Counted from the stretch's first letter, positions 1-10,059 are shown. The stretch: DNA of 64,000 nt from Acidobacteriota bacterium (GCA_963666055.2 CAXWPH010000002.1:256001-320000); one strand, 5' to 3'. A program made the numbers and translations. Notes: generated by a model not told the origin, from the sequence alone.

Positions 1-606
1 TACTACGTGCTCGACCGCGAGACCGGCGAGTTTCTTCACGGCAGCGAGTACTCCAAGCAGACCTGGGCCGAGGGGCTCGACGATGCCGGCCGTCCGATCG
101 TCATTCCCAATACCGAGCCGACCGAGGAAGGCACCCTCGTATGGCCCAGCCTGCAGGGCGCAACCAACTGGTTCAGCCCCAGCTACAGTCCGCTCACCGA
201 GCTCTTCTACGTGGCCGTGCGGCATATGGGTGCCGTCTACTACAAGGGCGAGGCCGAGTACGAGCCCGGCATGCCGTTCATGGGCGGCGGCGAGCAGGCG
301 CTCAGTGGCGACGATGCTGGTGGCTTCGTCAGGGCGCTCGACGTGCGTACCGGGGGTTTGCGCTGGGAGTTCCCACTGCTGACGCCTCCCTGGGCGGGCG
401 TGATGGCGACTGCCGGCGGGCTGGTGTTTGGCGGCTCCGAGGAGGGCAACTTCTTTGCTCTCGATGCCAGCACCGGCAAGACGTTATGGGATTTCCAGGC
501 CGGGGCGGCGGTGCGGTCCAACCCGATGGCCTTCGAGGTCGACGGCAAGCAACGAATCGCCATGTCGGCGGGTGACGCTGTCTTCGTGTTCGGACTCCGT
601 GACTGA
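1..606 (+). CDS. PQQ-dependent dehydrogenase (methanol/ethanol family), C-terminal part, cut by window start
   Basis: YVLDRETGEFL, WPSLQGATNWFSPSYSP, ATAGGLVFGG, FFALDASTGKTLWDF (tryptophan-docking repeats), PMAFEVDGKQRI. Confidence 0.9.
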   Translation, partial: YYVLDRETGEFLHGSEYSKQTWAEGLDDAGRPIVIPNTEPTEEGTLVWPSLQGATNWFSPSYSPLTELFYVAVRHMGAVYYKGEAEYEPGMPFMGGGEQALSGDDAGGFVRALDVRTGGLRWEFPLLTPPWAGVMATAGGLVFGGSEEGNFFALDASTGKTLWDFQAGAAVRSNPMAFEVDGKQRIAMSAGDAVFVFGLRD

Positions 607-1414
607 CTTCGCCGACTACTACGGCGCCGGCTACGCGGAGTTCGCCTCCGATCTCTACGCCGCTATTCGCGCCGAGGCGTTCGACGAGGACATCGGCCAG
701 CACAGCTGGCTCACCGCGGCGGAGCAGGACGTGTTCATCGGGTGGCTCGCGGTCGGCGCGAGCTCGCTGCTGCTCGACGTCGCCTGCGGTTCGGGCGGAC
801 CAACCTTGCGAATCGCCCGCCGAAGCGGTTGCCGTGTGCATGGAATTGACATCGAAGAGGCTGCGGTGCGGGCGGCGAATCGACAGGCGGAGGGCGCCGG
901 CCTGGCTGCGCGCGCCCGCTTCGATACCCAAGATGCGAGCCAACAGCTGCCGTTCGCGGACGAGGCGTTCGACGCGCTGATCTGCATCGACGCGGTCACC
1001 CACCTGCCCGATCGGGCCCGTGTTTTCTGCGATTGGGCGCGCGTTCTGCGTCCCGGAGGGCGCCTTGTCTTCACCGACGCCGTCACCGTCAGCGGTGTGC
1101 TCAGCGCCGAGGAAATACGGGTCCGCGCATCCATTGGCAGCCTGTTCTTTGCTCCTCCCGGGCTCGACGGAGACCTGCTCGACGCGGCCGGGTTCAAGGT
1201 CGATCGTGTCGAGGACCGTACGGAGAACATGGCGAGCACAGCGGCACGGCGACACGCGGCGCGCGCCACCCACGAGGCGGACCTGCGACAGATCGAGGGT
1301 GGCGCGACGTTCGAAGGCCAGCAGGAGTTTCTCGCCATGGCGGCAAAGCTGGCTACCGAGCGACGGCTGTCACGGTTCGCGTTTCGCTGCCTGCGTCGGC
1401 GGTCCGATAGCTGA
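599..1414 (+). CDS. Class I SAM-dependent methyltransferase
   Basis: LLDVACGSGG motif I, VHGIDI, LPFADEAFDALI, RVLRPGGRLVF; GTG start overlaps the upstream stop. Confidence 0.85.
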   Translation: MTDFADYYGAGYAEFASDLYAAIRAEAFDEDIGQHSWLTAAEQDVFIGWLAVGASSLLLDVACGSGGPTLRIARRSGCRVHGIDIEEAAVRAANRQAEGAGLAARARFDTQDASQQLPFADEAFDALICIDAVTHLPDRARVFCDWARVLRPGGRLVFTDAVTVSGVLSAEEIRVRASIGSLFFAPPGLDGDLLDAAGFKVDRVEDRTENMASTAARRHAARATHEADLRQIEGGATFEGQQEFLAMAAKLATERRLSRFAFRCLRRRSDS

Positions 1415-1454
1415 TTGCAGTCCACCGAGCGCTGCGGCCTGCTAGGCGCCAGGT

Positions 1455-2306
1455 TTACTGAAAGAACTGCAAGCCGTGCCACACCGATGCCAGGATGGCG
1501 ATGGCGTTCAGCCCCAAGCAAACGAACGCGGCGACGAAGTGGCCGGCATGCTCGTCGCTGCGCGGATCGAGCAGCCGCGCCGCCAGGTAGCCGCCGCCAA
1601 ACCCGCCCAGGTGCGCCCAGTTGTCGATGAATGGCACGATCAGGCCGATAACCACGAAGATGCCGACCCAGCGCCATACCTGCTGGCCGATGCTGCTGGG
1701 ACCGCCGAGCCGGCTGTATACGACGAGGGCTCCGAAGAGGCCGAACAGCGGTGCCGATGCGCCGATCGTGAAGCCGGCGCCCGCCAGCGGGCCGAGGAAC
1801 GGGAACAGTCCCATGATCGAGGTGGCTGCGAAGCCGGCGGCGGCCGACGCGCTGTAGATGATCACCAGTCGACCGACACCGTAGAACTCGCTGACCGCCG
1901 GCATGAGCTGCCGCAGCCACATCATGTTCATGACGATGTGGAGCAGCCCGCCGTGCAGCCACGCCGCGCTCAAGACAGTCCACCAGCGGCCGTAGACGAA
2001 GACCGGCACCGCACCGCTGGCGCCAAACAGGAAAAGCGGCCGCTGGCCGGGCGACAGCATCGACAGCAGGCCACCCCGACCGATAGATGACGGGTCGCCC
2101 AGCAGCGTGATGACGAACAGCGCGGCGCAAACGAAGAGCACGATCTCGGTGAACCCGAGGCCGCGACCGAGCTTGTTGAGCAGCGGTGCGAACCCCCACA
2201 AGCCGGGGTTGAAGCGGCCGCACCGGAAGCAGCGATCGTCGCGCACCCCGACCAAGCTGCCGCAGCTGGGGCAGACGACGGAGCCGCTAGTCGGTCGGTT
2301 GAACAA
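1455..2306 (-). CDS. Rhomboid intramembrane serine protease with N-terminal CxxC..CxxC zinc ribbon
   Basis: WWTVLSAAWLHGGLLHIVMNM, IGASAP (catalytic Ser), IDNWAHLGGF (catalytic His); CPSC...CFRC; TTG start chosen at 2306. Confidence 0.9.
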   Translation of the reverse strand: MFNRPTSGSVVCPSCGSLVGVRDDRCFRCGRFNPGLWGFAPLLNKLGRGLGFTEIVLFVCAALFVITLLGDPSSIGRGGLLSMLSPGQRPLFLFGASGAVPVFVYGRWWTVLSAAWLHGGLLHIVMNMMWLRQLMPAVSEFYGVGRLVIIYSASAAAGFAATSIMGLFPFLGPLAGAGFTIGASAPLFGLFGALVVYSRLGGPSSIGQQVWRWVGIFVVIGLIVPFIDNWAHLGGFGGGYLAARLLDPRSDEHAGHFVAAFVCLGLNAIAILASVWHGLQFFQ

Positions 2307-2740
2307 TCGTGGGTGTCCTAGTTGGGCGCTGGCGATCGCCCCAGGAGGGGGCGGCGCTTGCAGGGGAGCGGCGCTCGGGGAGGAATGTCGGTGGGCGGAA
2401 GTCGCCACTGTGCCAAGAGTGGCGCCAATAACCAAGCCGGGGCCGCGGCTGCCATCGAGAGCACGCGATGATGTCGACAGACCGGTGTTGTCCAGCGAAA
2501 CCGGTCGCCTGGCCCTTCAGGGGTCCCCGACAACGAGCCCGTCTGCCATCGTTGATCGGAACCAGAACACGCTGACTCACGCCGCTGCACGAAGCGTCTG
2601 CAGCGGTGGCCGCCATCCGAGTCTGATGGTGCTCGCCGGGCTAGACCCGGTAAGCTTTGATCGATAGTTGCGCTCTGTCCGACGCAGTGCTGAAGCAGCC
2701 AGTCGCGCTGCGGCGAGCACCACCATTTTTCCACCACCAC

Positions 2741-3721
2741 TCAGCCCCGCGCGCGCATCCGTGCCACCTCGGCCTCGGCAGCGATGTAGCCGAACGCGGC
2801 CCAGCTGGTACCGTCGAGAATGCGCTCGAAGATCTCGAGAGCGCGTGCCTCGTCACGGTTGTAGAGGTACCAGTTGCCCACGCCGTATCCCTGCGTGGCG
2901 ATGTTCAAGGCGACATCCGGATCGTCGACAGCCCGCAGGTCGAGTAGGTCATCGGGTTCCACCTCGCCCTTGTACATGAGCAGGCGCCGGTGGTACGCGT
3001 CGTTTTCCACCACATCCAGGTTGGCCGTGATCGGGGCGAGCAACTCGATGGCCTCGTCGTCGCGTCCGAGCCGACGCAAGCTCATGTACATCCAGTCGCT
3101 GGTGGCAACGAGCAGATCGGGGTTGTTCGAGACCTGCATGCAGCTCCGGTAGGCGTCCAGCGCTGCCTCGAAATCGCCACGCAGATAGTGCGCCAGCGCC
3201 AGGTGATACCAGATGTTGAACTTGTCGGTCGACAGCGGCGTGTTGAGACGGTTGGGGATGCCGTCCGGCTCGATGGCGTCGGCGAAGCCCGATGCGAGCC
3301 GCGCGGCCACCTCGAGGTCGGCGATGGCGTCGTCGAATCGCCGTAGCGAGATGAATCGGTGGCCTCGGTGGCGGCGCAGACGGTACGAGTCGGGATACAT
3401 CTGCAGCCCGTCGCTATAGATCGCCACCGCGTCGCCGAAGCGACCGGCGTACGCGACGCGCCTGCCGAGCCAGATGAGCGTGCCCTCATCGGGGTTGACC
3501 TCGTGTGCAGCGCGCGCACTCTCGATGTTGGCATCGAGCTCCGCAAGGCGTTCGGCTGTGGGTACGGGCGGATACAACGGCGTGCCAAGCAGCGATGTGG
3601 CCTCGGGTGCGGCGGTCGTTGTAGCGTCCGCGATCGGGTCTCCAGCGCGCCTACCGTCGTCGGCTGGTGAGCCGCCGCAGGCAGCAAGCGACAGAGCGAG
3701 CAAGCAGGTGAACGATCGCAT
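2741..3721 (-). CDS. TPR-containing lipoprotein
   Basis: Lipobox LAAC after hydrophobic signal; helical repeats RRHRGHRFISLRRFDDAIADL, WYHLALAHYLRGDFEAALDAY. Confidence 0.8.
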   Translation of the reverse strand: MRSFTCLLALSLAACGGSPADDGRRAGDPIADATTTAAPEATSLLGTPLYPPVPTAERLAELDANIESARAAHEVNPDEGTLIWLGRRVAYAGRFGDAVAIYSDGLQMYPDSYRLRRHRGHRFISLRRFDDAIADLEVAARLASGFADAIEPDGIPNRLNTPLSTDKFNIWYHLALAHYLRGDFEAALDAYRSCMQVSNNPDLLVATSDWMYMSLRRLGRDDEAIELLAPITANLDVVENDAYHRRLLMYKGEVEPDDLLDLRAVDDPDVALNIATQGYGVGNWYLYNRDEARALEIFERILDGTSWAAFGYIAAEAEVARMRARG

Positions 3722-3765
3722 CGTCGGTTCCTCGAGCTCAGGGGGGGTCGTGTTGCACAATGACC

Positions 3766-4044
3766 CTAACGGTCGGGACGCAGCGAAACCAGCGTTGCGC
3801 CCCAGCTCGATGCGTCGCCGGCGAGGCGGTAGGAGGTCACATCGTCGCGACGTTCTAGGGCGGCGTGGACGATGCGTCGCAGTGTGCCGGTGCCCTTGCC
3901 GTGAATAATGCGGATCTCGGTGATGCCGTGTTCGCGGCAGGCGTCGAGGTAATCGTCGACCAGCTCCTTGGCGTCGCGTGGGTGGAATGTGTGCAAGTCG
4001 AGAACACCGTCGATCGGCAGCTCGATGGCATCATCGTCGGTCAA
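3766..4044 (-). CDS. Stand-alone Smr/MutS2 domain protein
   Basis: LDLHTF, IRIIHGKGTGTLR, WGATLV. Confidence 0.9.
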   Translation of the reverse strand: MTDDDAIELPIDGVLDLHTFHPRDAKELVDDYLDACREHGITEIRIIHGKGTGTLRRIVHAALERRDDVTSYRLAGDASSWGATLVSLRPDR

Positions 4045-4057
4045 CTCGGCCCCCAGG

Positions 4058-4630
4058 TCAGGGACGTAAACGACGGTATGAATCGAAGTGGTGCACGGCG
4101 GTTCCACCGAAGCCCGGGATGCCGCTGAGTGCTTCGCGCAAGGCATCTAGCTCGCGCTCCATCGCGGCCGCGCCTTCTTCGCAGAACGTCAGCTTGTCGA
4201 GCTCGTCGGCGGCGGTTTGTACGCCGATCATAACCGGCCTCTTGGCCGCCGCACCGGCGACGAGCTCGCCGACCGTGTGGCGCAGGATCCCATCGCTGCC
4301 GACGGCGTGATCGCGATACGCCATCACGACGATTCCGTCGACACGCTCGATGACCTGCTCCAAGAGCGATCGCCCATCCAGTCGGTAGGTGTCGTGATCG
4401 AACCAGAATGGAATTGCAGCCCAGACAGGCAGTCCTCCGGCGTCGTCGGTGGGCACGTTCACCAGCAGACGGCTGAAGTTGTGGGCGCGCGCGAAGCGTG
4501 CCAGACCCGGTTCGGGGCGACTCCATACCCATAGGGCGTGAGGTGCCTGCTGGTCGCCCATCCCGGGTGGTGATCCCAGCAAGAGAACGATCATCAGGTT
4601 GCAGGTGACCAGCAGGTGGGGACGACGCAC
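4058..4630 (-). CDS. Secreted hypothetical protein, glycoside-hydrolase-like barrel, possibly internally deleted
   Basis: Signal-like N-terminus; ALWVW, AIPFWFD, VMAYRD, IGVQT, AVHHFDSY. Confidence 0.55.
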   Translation of the reverse strand: MRRPHLLVTCNLMIVLLLGSPPGMGDQQAPHALWVWSRPEPGLARFARAHNFSRLLVNVPTDDAGGLPVWAAIPFWFDHDTYRLDGRSLLEQVIERVDGIVVMAYRDHAVGSDGILRHTVGELVAGAAAKRPVMIGVQTAADELDKLTFCEEGAAAMERELDALREALSGIPGFGGTAVHHFDSYRRLRP

Positions 4631-4801
4631 GAATGGCTCCGACGAGTCTCGTTGACGATCGATACCTGCGGTACGCTAGCACCCTCTGCACACACGCTGA
4701 TGTCGAAGGAACCACGGGTGGCCTCGTCTGGCGGCAGCTGTCGGGCCGTTGGGACCCGCCCTGGACGGGGCCGGACCGAGACTGACAGAGAGGAACGCCG
4801 A

Positions 4802-5704
4802 ATGCACTCGAACGAACTGGAAACTGTGGCCGTCGACCGCGGCTACGGCAGTCAGAGCATGGTCGAGTCGCTGCGCCGCGTTGCGGTCCGGACACCCGGC
4901 GAGGCGTTCGCTCATGCCGACCCGTCGACCTGGCACTACAGCTCATCGCCCGACCTCGCTGCGGCACGTGCGGAGCACGCGACTCTGGTGGAGATTCTGC
5001 GCCACTATGGCGCCGAGGTGATCGAACACGAAAAATCCGCCGATGGCCTCGCCGACGCCATCTTCGTACACGACCCGCTGTTGGTGACCGACCACGGGAC
5101 AGTCGTTCTGCGCATGGGGAAGGAACTGCGGCGCGGCGAGGAGGAACTGCTGGCCGCCACGCTCGAGGACGCCGGCGTGCCCATCCTCGCCCGCCTGTCT
5201 GGCAACGCCACGGCAGAAGGCGGCGATCTTGTTTGGCTCGATCACGACACGCTAGCCGTAGGCCAGGGGTTCCGCACTAACGCAGAGGGCCTCGCCCAGC
5301 TCGAATCTATCCTCGCGCCGATCGGCGTGGCATGCGTCCCGGTACCGCTGCCGTTCCACAGCGGCACCGCAGCGTGTCTGCACCTGATGTCGATCATCAG
5401 CATGCTCGACGACGATCTCGCGGTGGTCTATGAGCCGTTGCTTCCGGTTCCGTTCTGGCGTCTCCTCCAGGATCGGGGCATCGAGATCGTGCCCGTGCCG
5501 GACGAAGAGTTCCCCACCCAGGGGCCCAACGTATTGGCGCTTGCCCCGCGGCGTTGCGTGATGCTCGAGAACAACACGCAGACGCGGGCGCGTCTCGAGG
5601 TGGCCGGATGCGAGGTGCTTACGTATCGTGGGCGTGAGCTCTCGCTCAAGGCAGAGGGTGGCGCGACCTGCCTGACTCGGCCAGTGTTGCGCTCTGCCTC
5701 GTGA
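4802..5704 (+). CDS. Amidinotransferase superfamily protein (DDAH/arginine deiminase-like)
   Basis: DAIFVHD, RRGEE, AEGGD, RTN, LHL, C-terminal GGATCLT (catalytic Cys); GAGGA RBS. Confidence 0.9.
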   Translation: MHSNELETVAVDRGYGSQSMVESLRRVAVRTPGEAFAHADPSTWHYSSSPDLAAARAEHATLVEILRHYGAEVIEHEKSADGLADAIFVHDPLLVTDHGTVVLRMGKELRRGEEELLAATLEDAGVPILARLSGNATAEGGDLVWLDHDTLAVGQGFRTNAEGLAQLESILAPIGVACVPVPLPFHSGTAACLHLMSIISMLDDDLAVVYEPLLPVPFWRLLQDRGIEIVPVPDEEFPTQGPNVLALAPRRCVMLENNTQTRARLEVAGCEVLTYRGRELSLKAEGGATCLTRPVLRSAS

Positions 5705-6969
5705 ACCCAGTACTCACGTCGTTGGAGCAGCAGGCGCTCGAGGCGTTCGACCTCGATGGCATGGTCGATCTGCTCGATCGTCTGGTGCGGGTCCGTAGCG
5801 TCGGCGGCAAGGAGTCGCCGGCGCAGCAGCTTGCCGCCGACTTCATGGCGGCGTCCGGGTTGGATGTCGACACCTGGTCGATTGATCTCGACGCGCTACG
5901 CCGTCATCCTTACTTCTGCGAGGAGATTCAGCGTGATTGTGCCCTCGGTGTGGTCGGGCGGCTGGGATCCGACGACGGACCGACGTTACTGTTCAATGGC
6001 CATGTCGATGTCGTCGGCGCGGGTGACGAATCCGACTGGAGCTCGCCGCCCTGGCAGGTGACCGTGCGTGACGGCGCGGTCTACGGTCGCGGGGCAGTAG
6101 ACATGAAGGGCGGTGTATGTGCCGCGATGTGCGCCGCCAAGGCTCTGGTGGACGCGGGTGTGCGTTTGCGGGGACGCCTGCTGGTCGCAACGGTCGTGGG
6201 TGAGGAGGACGGCGGTACCGGAACGTTAGCTGCGATCGAACGTGGTCACGTCGCCGACGCCGCGGTCATCATGGAGCCCACCCGCATGCGGATCGCGACG
6301 ACCCACGCCGGCGCGCTGAATTTCCGCATCCGTCTCAAGGGGCTCTCGGCGCACGCCTGCATGCGCGCTGAAGGAGTCAGTGCCGTGGACAAGCTGCCGC
6401 CGCTGTTATCCGCGCTCGCCGCGCTGGAGCAGCGCCGCACCGAGCGCTACGACAATCCATTGTTTGCCGCATACGGAATCCCTTTTCCGCTCTCCGTTGG
6501 TCGTGTGCAAGCCGGTGACTGGCCATCGTCAGTCCCGGATTGGCTGGAGGTTGAGGGGCGGTACGGTGTCGCCCCGGGCGAAAGCCTGGAGTCAGCGCGA
6601 GCGGAGTTTGAAGAAACCCTCGCGTCGCTCGGCGAGCAAGATCCGTGGCTTGCCGAGAACCCGCCCGCACTGGAATGGTGGGGAGGGCAGTTCGAGCCCG
6701 CCGAGGTCGATCCTCAGGCGCCGATCGTCGGCGCGGTCGCCGACGCCTATCGAGCCGTCAGCCAGCGCGACGCGGTGCTCGAAGGTATGACCTACGGCGC
6801 CGACATGCGGCTCCTGGTCAACGTTGCCGGCATTCCCACGGTGATGTTCGGAGCGGGCGATGTTCGCCAGGCGCACCGGCCCGACGAGTGTGTGCCGTTG
6901 GACGAGTTGAAGGAGTTAGCGCAGACGCTGTGTCTCACTGCGATGCGCTTCTGCGGCGTCGAGGGGTGA
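5701..6969 (+). CDS. ArgE/DapE family M20 deacylase
   Basis: FNGHVDVV, YGRGAVDMKGG, VGEEDGG, MEPT, AHRPDE; GTGA overlap with upstream gene. Confidence 0.9.
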   Translation: MNPVLTSLEQQALEAFDLDGMVDLLDRLVRVRSVGGKESPAQQLAADFMAASGLDVDTWSIDLDALRRHPYFCEEIQRDCALGVVGRLGSDDGPTLLFNGHVDVVGAGDESDWSSPPWQVTVRDGAVYGRGAVDMKGGVCAAMCAAKALVDAGVRLRGRLLVATVVGEEDGGTGTLAAIERGHVADAAVIMEPTRMRIATTHAGALNFRIRLKGLSAHACMRAEGVSAVDKLPPLLSALAALEQRRTERYDNPLFAAYGIPFPLSVGRVQAGDWPSSVPDWLEVEGRYGVAPGESLESARAEFEETLASLGEQDPWLAENPPALEWWGGQFEPAEVDPQAPIVGAVADAYRAVSQRDAVLEGMTYGADMRLLVNVAGIPTVMFGAGDVRQAHRPDECVPLDELKELAQTLCLTAMRFCGVEG

Positions 6970-7000
6970 CCGGCTTCGAGGATCCTTGGAAGGCCTTCCG

Positions 7001-7040
7001 ACTAGTGGCCTGCAACGATCATCTGTTGCAGGCCACTAGT
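7001..7040. repeat. Perfect 16-bp inverted repeat between convergent genes (collapsed element or bidirectional terminator)
   Basis: ACTAGTGGCCTGCAAC-gatcatct-GTTGCAGGCCACTAGT; right arm recurs at 50010-50029 and partly at 51345-51355. Confidence 0.8.
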
Positions 7041-7530
7041 TGTTGAGCAGGCGCACCATGGTCAGCGCGTCCTCGCGCGGATTCGGGTAGTAACCGCGGC
7101 GCACGCCGGCGCGGCGGAACCCGAGACGCTCGTAGAGGCGCTGGGCAGCATTGTTCGACATCCGTACATCAAGGCGACAGCTGTTGGCGCCGCGATTCTC
7201 AGCCCAGCGGAGCGCTGCCTCGATGAGATCCTGGCCGAACCCGAGGCGCCGATGGTCGGAGGCCACGGCGACGTTGGCGATCAGCGCGTTCTGGCGATCA
7301 GGACAGGTGATCAGGTAGCCGGCAACACCGCCGGCGTATGCGACCAGACAGAGCAGCTCAGGTGCTGTCAACGCCAGCTCGAATGCCGAGCGCGGCCACG
7401 GGGCGGCGAAGCTGTCGTTCTCGATGACGAGAATGGCATCGATGTCGGCGTCGCACATGCGTCGCAGCTCGGTGTGTTGCCCAGCGGCGGTGGGCGCGGT
7501 ACCGGCCCCTCTGCAGACCAGCGCGGGCAT
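7036..7530 (-). CDS. rimI: Ribosomal protein S18 alanine N-acetyltransferase (GNAT)
   Basis: SFAAPW, IANVAVASDHRRLGFG, LDVRMSNNAAQRLYERLGF, RRGYYPNPREDALTM. Confidence 0.85.
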   Translation of the reverse strand: MPALVCRGAGTAPTAAGQHTELRRMCDADIDAILVIENDSFAAPWPRSAFELALTAPELLCLVAYAGGVAGYLITCPDRQNALIANVAVASDHRRLGFGQDLIEAALRWAENRGANSCRLDVRMSNNAAQRLYERLGFRRAGVRRGYYPNPREDALTMVRLLNN

Positions 7531-9230
7531 CAGCTCGCCGCGTACTTGATGATCATCAGCGTGAGGTCGTCGTGCTGCGGGGCGCCGGTGCTGAAAGCCG
7601 AGACGGCGTCGAACACCGCCTTACCCATGACGGCCGCGTTCTGGTGGCGCTCCGCCACTACCACCGAAGCGAGGGCCTCCTCTCCGTACTCTTCCTCAGC
7701 CGGGTTGTTGGCCTCGGTAATGCCGTCCGAGAACACCACCACCACATCATCGTCGTTCAGCTGCACGGTCTGCACCTCGTAATCACGGTCGGCGAACAGT
7801 CCCAAGGGCATGCCGCCGCCGATCAGACGCTTGGGCTCTGCGTCGCCGCGTACTAGCAGGGCGGGGTTGTGCCCGGCGTTGACGAACTGCAGCTGTCCAT
7901 CGGGTCGCAGCAGCCCCACGAAGAATGTCGCATAGCGCTCGGGTGAAGTGCGTTCTACCAGGAAGTTATTCACGTGGCTGCAGACGAACGCCAGGTCTTC
8001 CGAGGTCTGGGTGGCCGCCAAGAATGCCGCTTGTAGCGTGGCCATCAACATGGCGGCCGGGATGCCCTTGCCCGAGACGTCACCGACAGCGAACCCGAGC
8101 GTGCCCCACTGCGTTTCGAAGAACTCGTAGTAGTCGCCACCGACGCCGCGCGAAGGAACGTTGAGGGCGTGGACCTCGTACCAGTCCGACTCCGGGAAGT
8201 CCGATAGCAGCAAGCTTCGCTGAATACGGTTGGCGACGCGCAGCTCGTCCTCCATGCGCCGCTTCTCGAGCGCTTCCTCGTAGAGGCGGGCGTTGTCGAT
8301 GGCGATCGCCGCATGGCTCGCGAACGACTCGAGCATCGAAAGATCCTGATCGCCGAAGTTGCGTGTCGACGACCGTCGATCGACGTAAAGGACGCCGAGG
8401 ATTCGCGGCGACGAATCACCGCCATCGCTGCTCTGCAGATCCCCCAGGTCGGAGTCCTCGACGCGGGAGAAATGCGAAAGTCGCAGCGGTACGCACATGA
8501 CAGTCCGTAAATGCAGCCCGACGATGCTCTGCTGGGCGCTGAAGTGCTCGTCCTCGGTGACGTCGGTGAGAATCTGTGCTTCGCCAGTGCCGAAGACGGC
8601 CCGCACCACGCTCTGGCTGTATTGGGTGGCCAGGGCGTCGCTGGCGAGGTTGCGCTGGGCGGCGATCTCGAGCGCGTCGGCCTCGCTTCCCATCAGCATC
8701 ATGCAGCGCTCGCCCTCGGTGAGGGCGATCACTGCGTCCATGACCTTCTCGAGCACGTCGTTCAGGCGCAACGACGAGTTCAGCGCTTTGCTTATCTCGA
8801 GTAGAGCCTCCAGGTTTCGGGTGCTGTTCCGTTGCTCCCTGGCGGCGCTGGCGGCGCTGCCGCCGTCCAGCGTCGTCGACTTACCGGTGCTGGCGATCAT
8901 CGTCGTGAACTCGCCTCCCGAGCGGAAGGTGAGCAAATGGTTTGTCGCACCACCCAGGCGAATCCGATCGTTCGGCCCAAGCACATGACGCTGGATGCGC
9001 TTTTGGTTCACGAACGTGCCGTGAGTGCTGCCGAGGTCTTCGATGACGAACTCGGCGGCGTCGTACAGAATGCGGGCGTGGTCACGCGACACCGTCGGGT
9101 CGAGCACCTGTACCTCATTGGTGCTCCGGCGACCTAGAGTGAGCGGCAGGTTCTCCAGCGCCACCCTGGTCATATCGCCGTCCGGATCACGGAACATCAG
9201 GTACGGCTGGGCGGACAGATCCTCAGACAT
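7530..9230 (-). CDS. FHA-GAF-SpoIIE (PP2C) protein phosphatase
   Basis: FHA LGRR..VSRDHA..DLGSTHGTFVN; GAF MCVPL..LGVLYVD; PP2C VGGDYY, GDVSGKG, NAGH, SDGITE, DDLT. Confidence 0.92.
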   Translation of the reverse strand: MSEDLSAQPYLMFRDPDGDMTRVALENLPLTLGRRSTNEVQVLDPTVSRDHARILYDAAEFVIEDLGSTHGTFVNQKRIQRHVLGPNDRIRLGGATNHLLTFRSGGEFTTMIASTGKSTTLDGGSAASAAREQRNSTRNLEALLEISKALNSSLRLNDVLEKVMDAVIALTEGERCMMLMGSEADALEIAAQRNLASDALATQYSQSVVRAVFGTGEAQILTDVTEDEHFSAQQSIVGLHLRTVMCVPLRLSHFSRVEDSDLGDLQSSDGGDSSPRILGVLYVDRRSSTRNFGDQDLSMLESFASHAAIAIDNARLYEEALEKRRMEDELRVANRIQRSLLLSDFPESDWYEVHALNVPSRGVGGDYYEFFETQWGTLGFAVGDVSGKGIPAAMLMATLQAAFLAATQTSEDLAFVCSHVNNFLVERTSPERYATFFVGLLRPDGQLQFVNAGHNPALLVRGDAEPKRLIGGGMPLGLFADRDYEVQTVQLNDDDVVVVFSDGITEANNPAEEEYGEEALASVVVAERHQNAAVMGKAVFDAVSAFSTGAPQHDDLTLMIIKYAAS

Positions 9231-9468
9231 CGTTGCTCGTGTGGTTTGCCGGAGCGGGGCGAGCCAGCGGCACCGACGAACGCGTCTCGGTCGCCGACTC
9301 GAGAAGGGGCGAGGCCGTACGATCAACTGATCAGACCGCGAAAGGCATTCTACTTCGCGTTTGCTGATGGCGTCACGATAAGCGCTGCCGACGGCGCGGT
9401 TGTGGCCATCTCGATCCGATGGCATTGTCAAACAAAGTACTCGTCGGAACGAATTCAAGGCGCTGCGC

Positions 9469-10044
9469 ATGGAATCTCTGCAGGCTCGGGCAGAACAACA
9501 CCTGCGGGTGATTCGTGCGGCCATGGAGCGTGCCACATCGTTCACCGCGCTACCCGGCTGGGGCGGCGTGATCATGGGAGCGGTTGGCTTGATAGGGGCG
9601 CTGGCGGCCGCGCCGATGACAGATCCGCGGCAGTGGGTGCTGGTTTGGCTCTTCGCAGCGGGCGTTGCCGTCCCCGTCGGGGCGTTCACCATGTGGCGGA
9701 AGGCGAGCAGAGCCGGCGTCGACCTGTACTCTGGCACCGCGCGTATGTTCGTTGGCTGCCTGGCAACCCCCATCGCGGCCGGCGCCATCCTCACAGCGGC
9801 GCTCATCGAGCGGCAGGCGTACGCGGTGCTGCCAGCCGTGTGGCTGACTTTGTACGGCACCGCAGCGGTTGTCGGCGGCGTGTTCTCGGTGCGCCTTGTG
9901 CCGCTGATGGGGGTGGCATTCATGGTGCTCGGTGGGTTCGCCGCCTTTGCGCCGCTGGTGGTTGGCAACGCGCTCATGGGTGTCGGGTTCGGCTTGCTCC
10001 ATGGGGTGGTTGGGCTGGTCATCGTTCGCCGCTTTGGCGGCTGA
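9469..10044 (+). CDS. Hypothetical multi-pass membrane protein
   Basis: About 6 hydrophobic helices; starts AEQHLRVIRAAMERAT, ends GFGLLHGVVG; directly upstream of the wHTH gene. Confidence 0.75.
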   Translation: MESLQARAEQHLRVIRAAMERATSFTALPGWGGVIMGAVGLIGALAAAPMTDPRQWVLVWLFAAGVAVPVGAFTMWRKASRAGVDLYSGTARMFVGCLATPIAAGAILTAALIERQAYAVLPAVWLTLYGTAAVVGGVFSVRLVPLMGVAFMVLGGFAAFAPLVVGNALMGVGFGLLHGVVGLVIVRRFGG

Positions 10045-10059
10045 CGCACGAGAGGCGAT

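Noticed and set aside
2307-2740. Possible gene or ncRNA in the 430-bp gap
   Set aside because: No recognisable protein motifs or RNA family; cannot be supported
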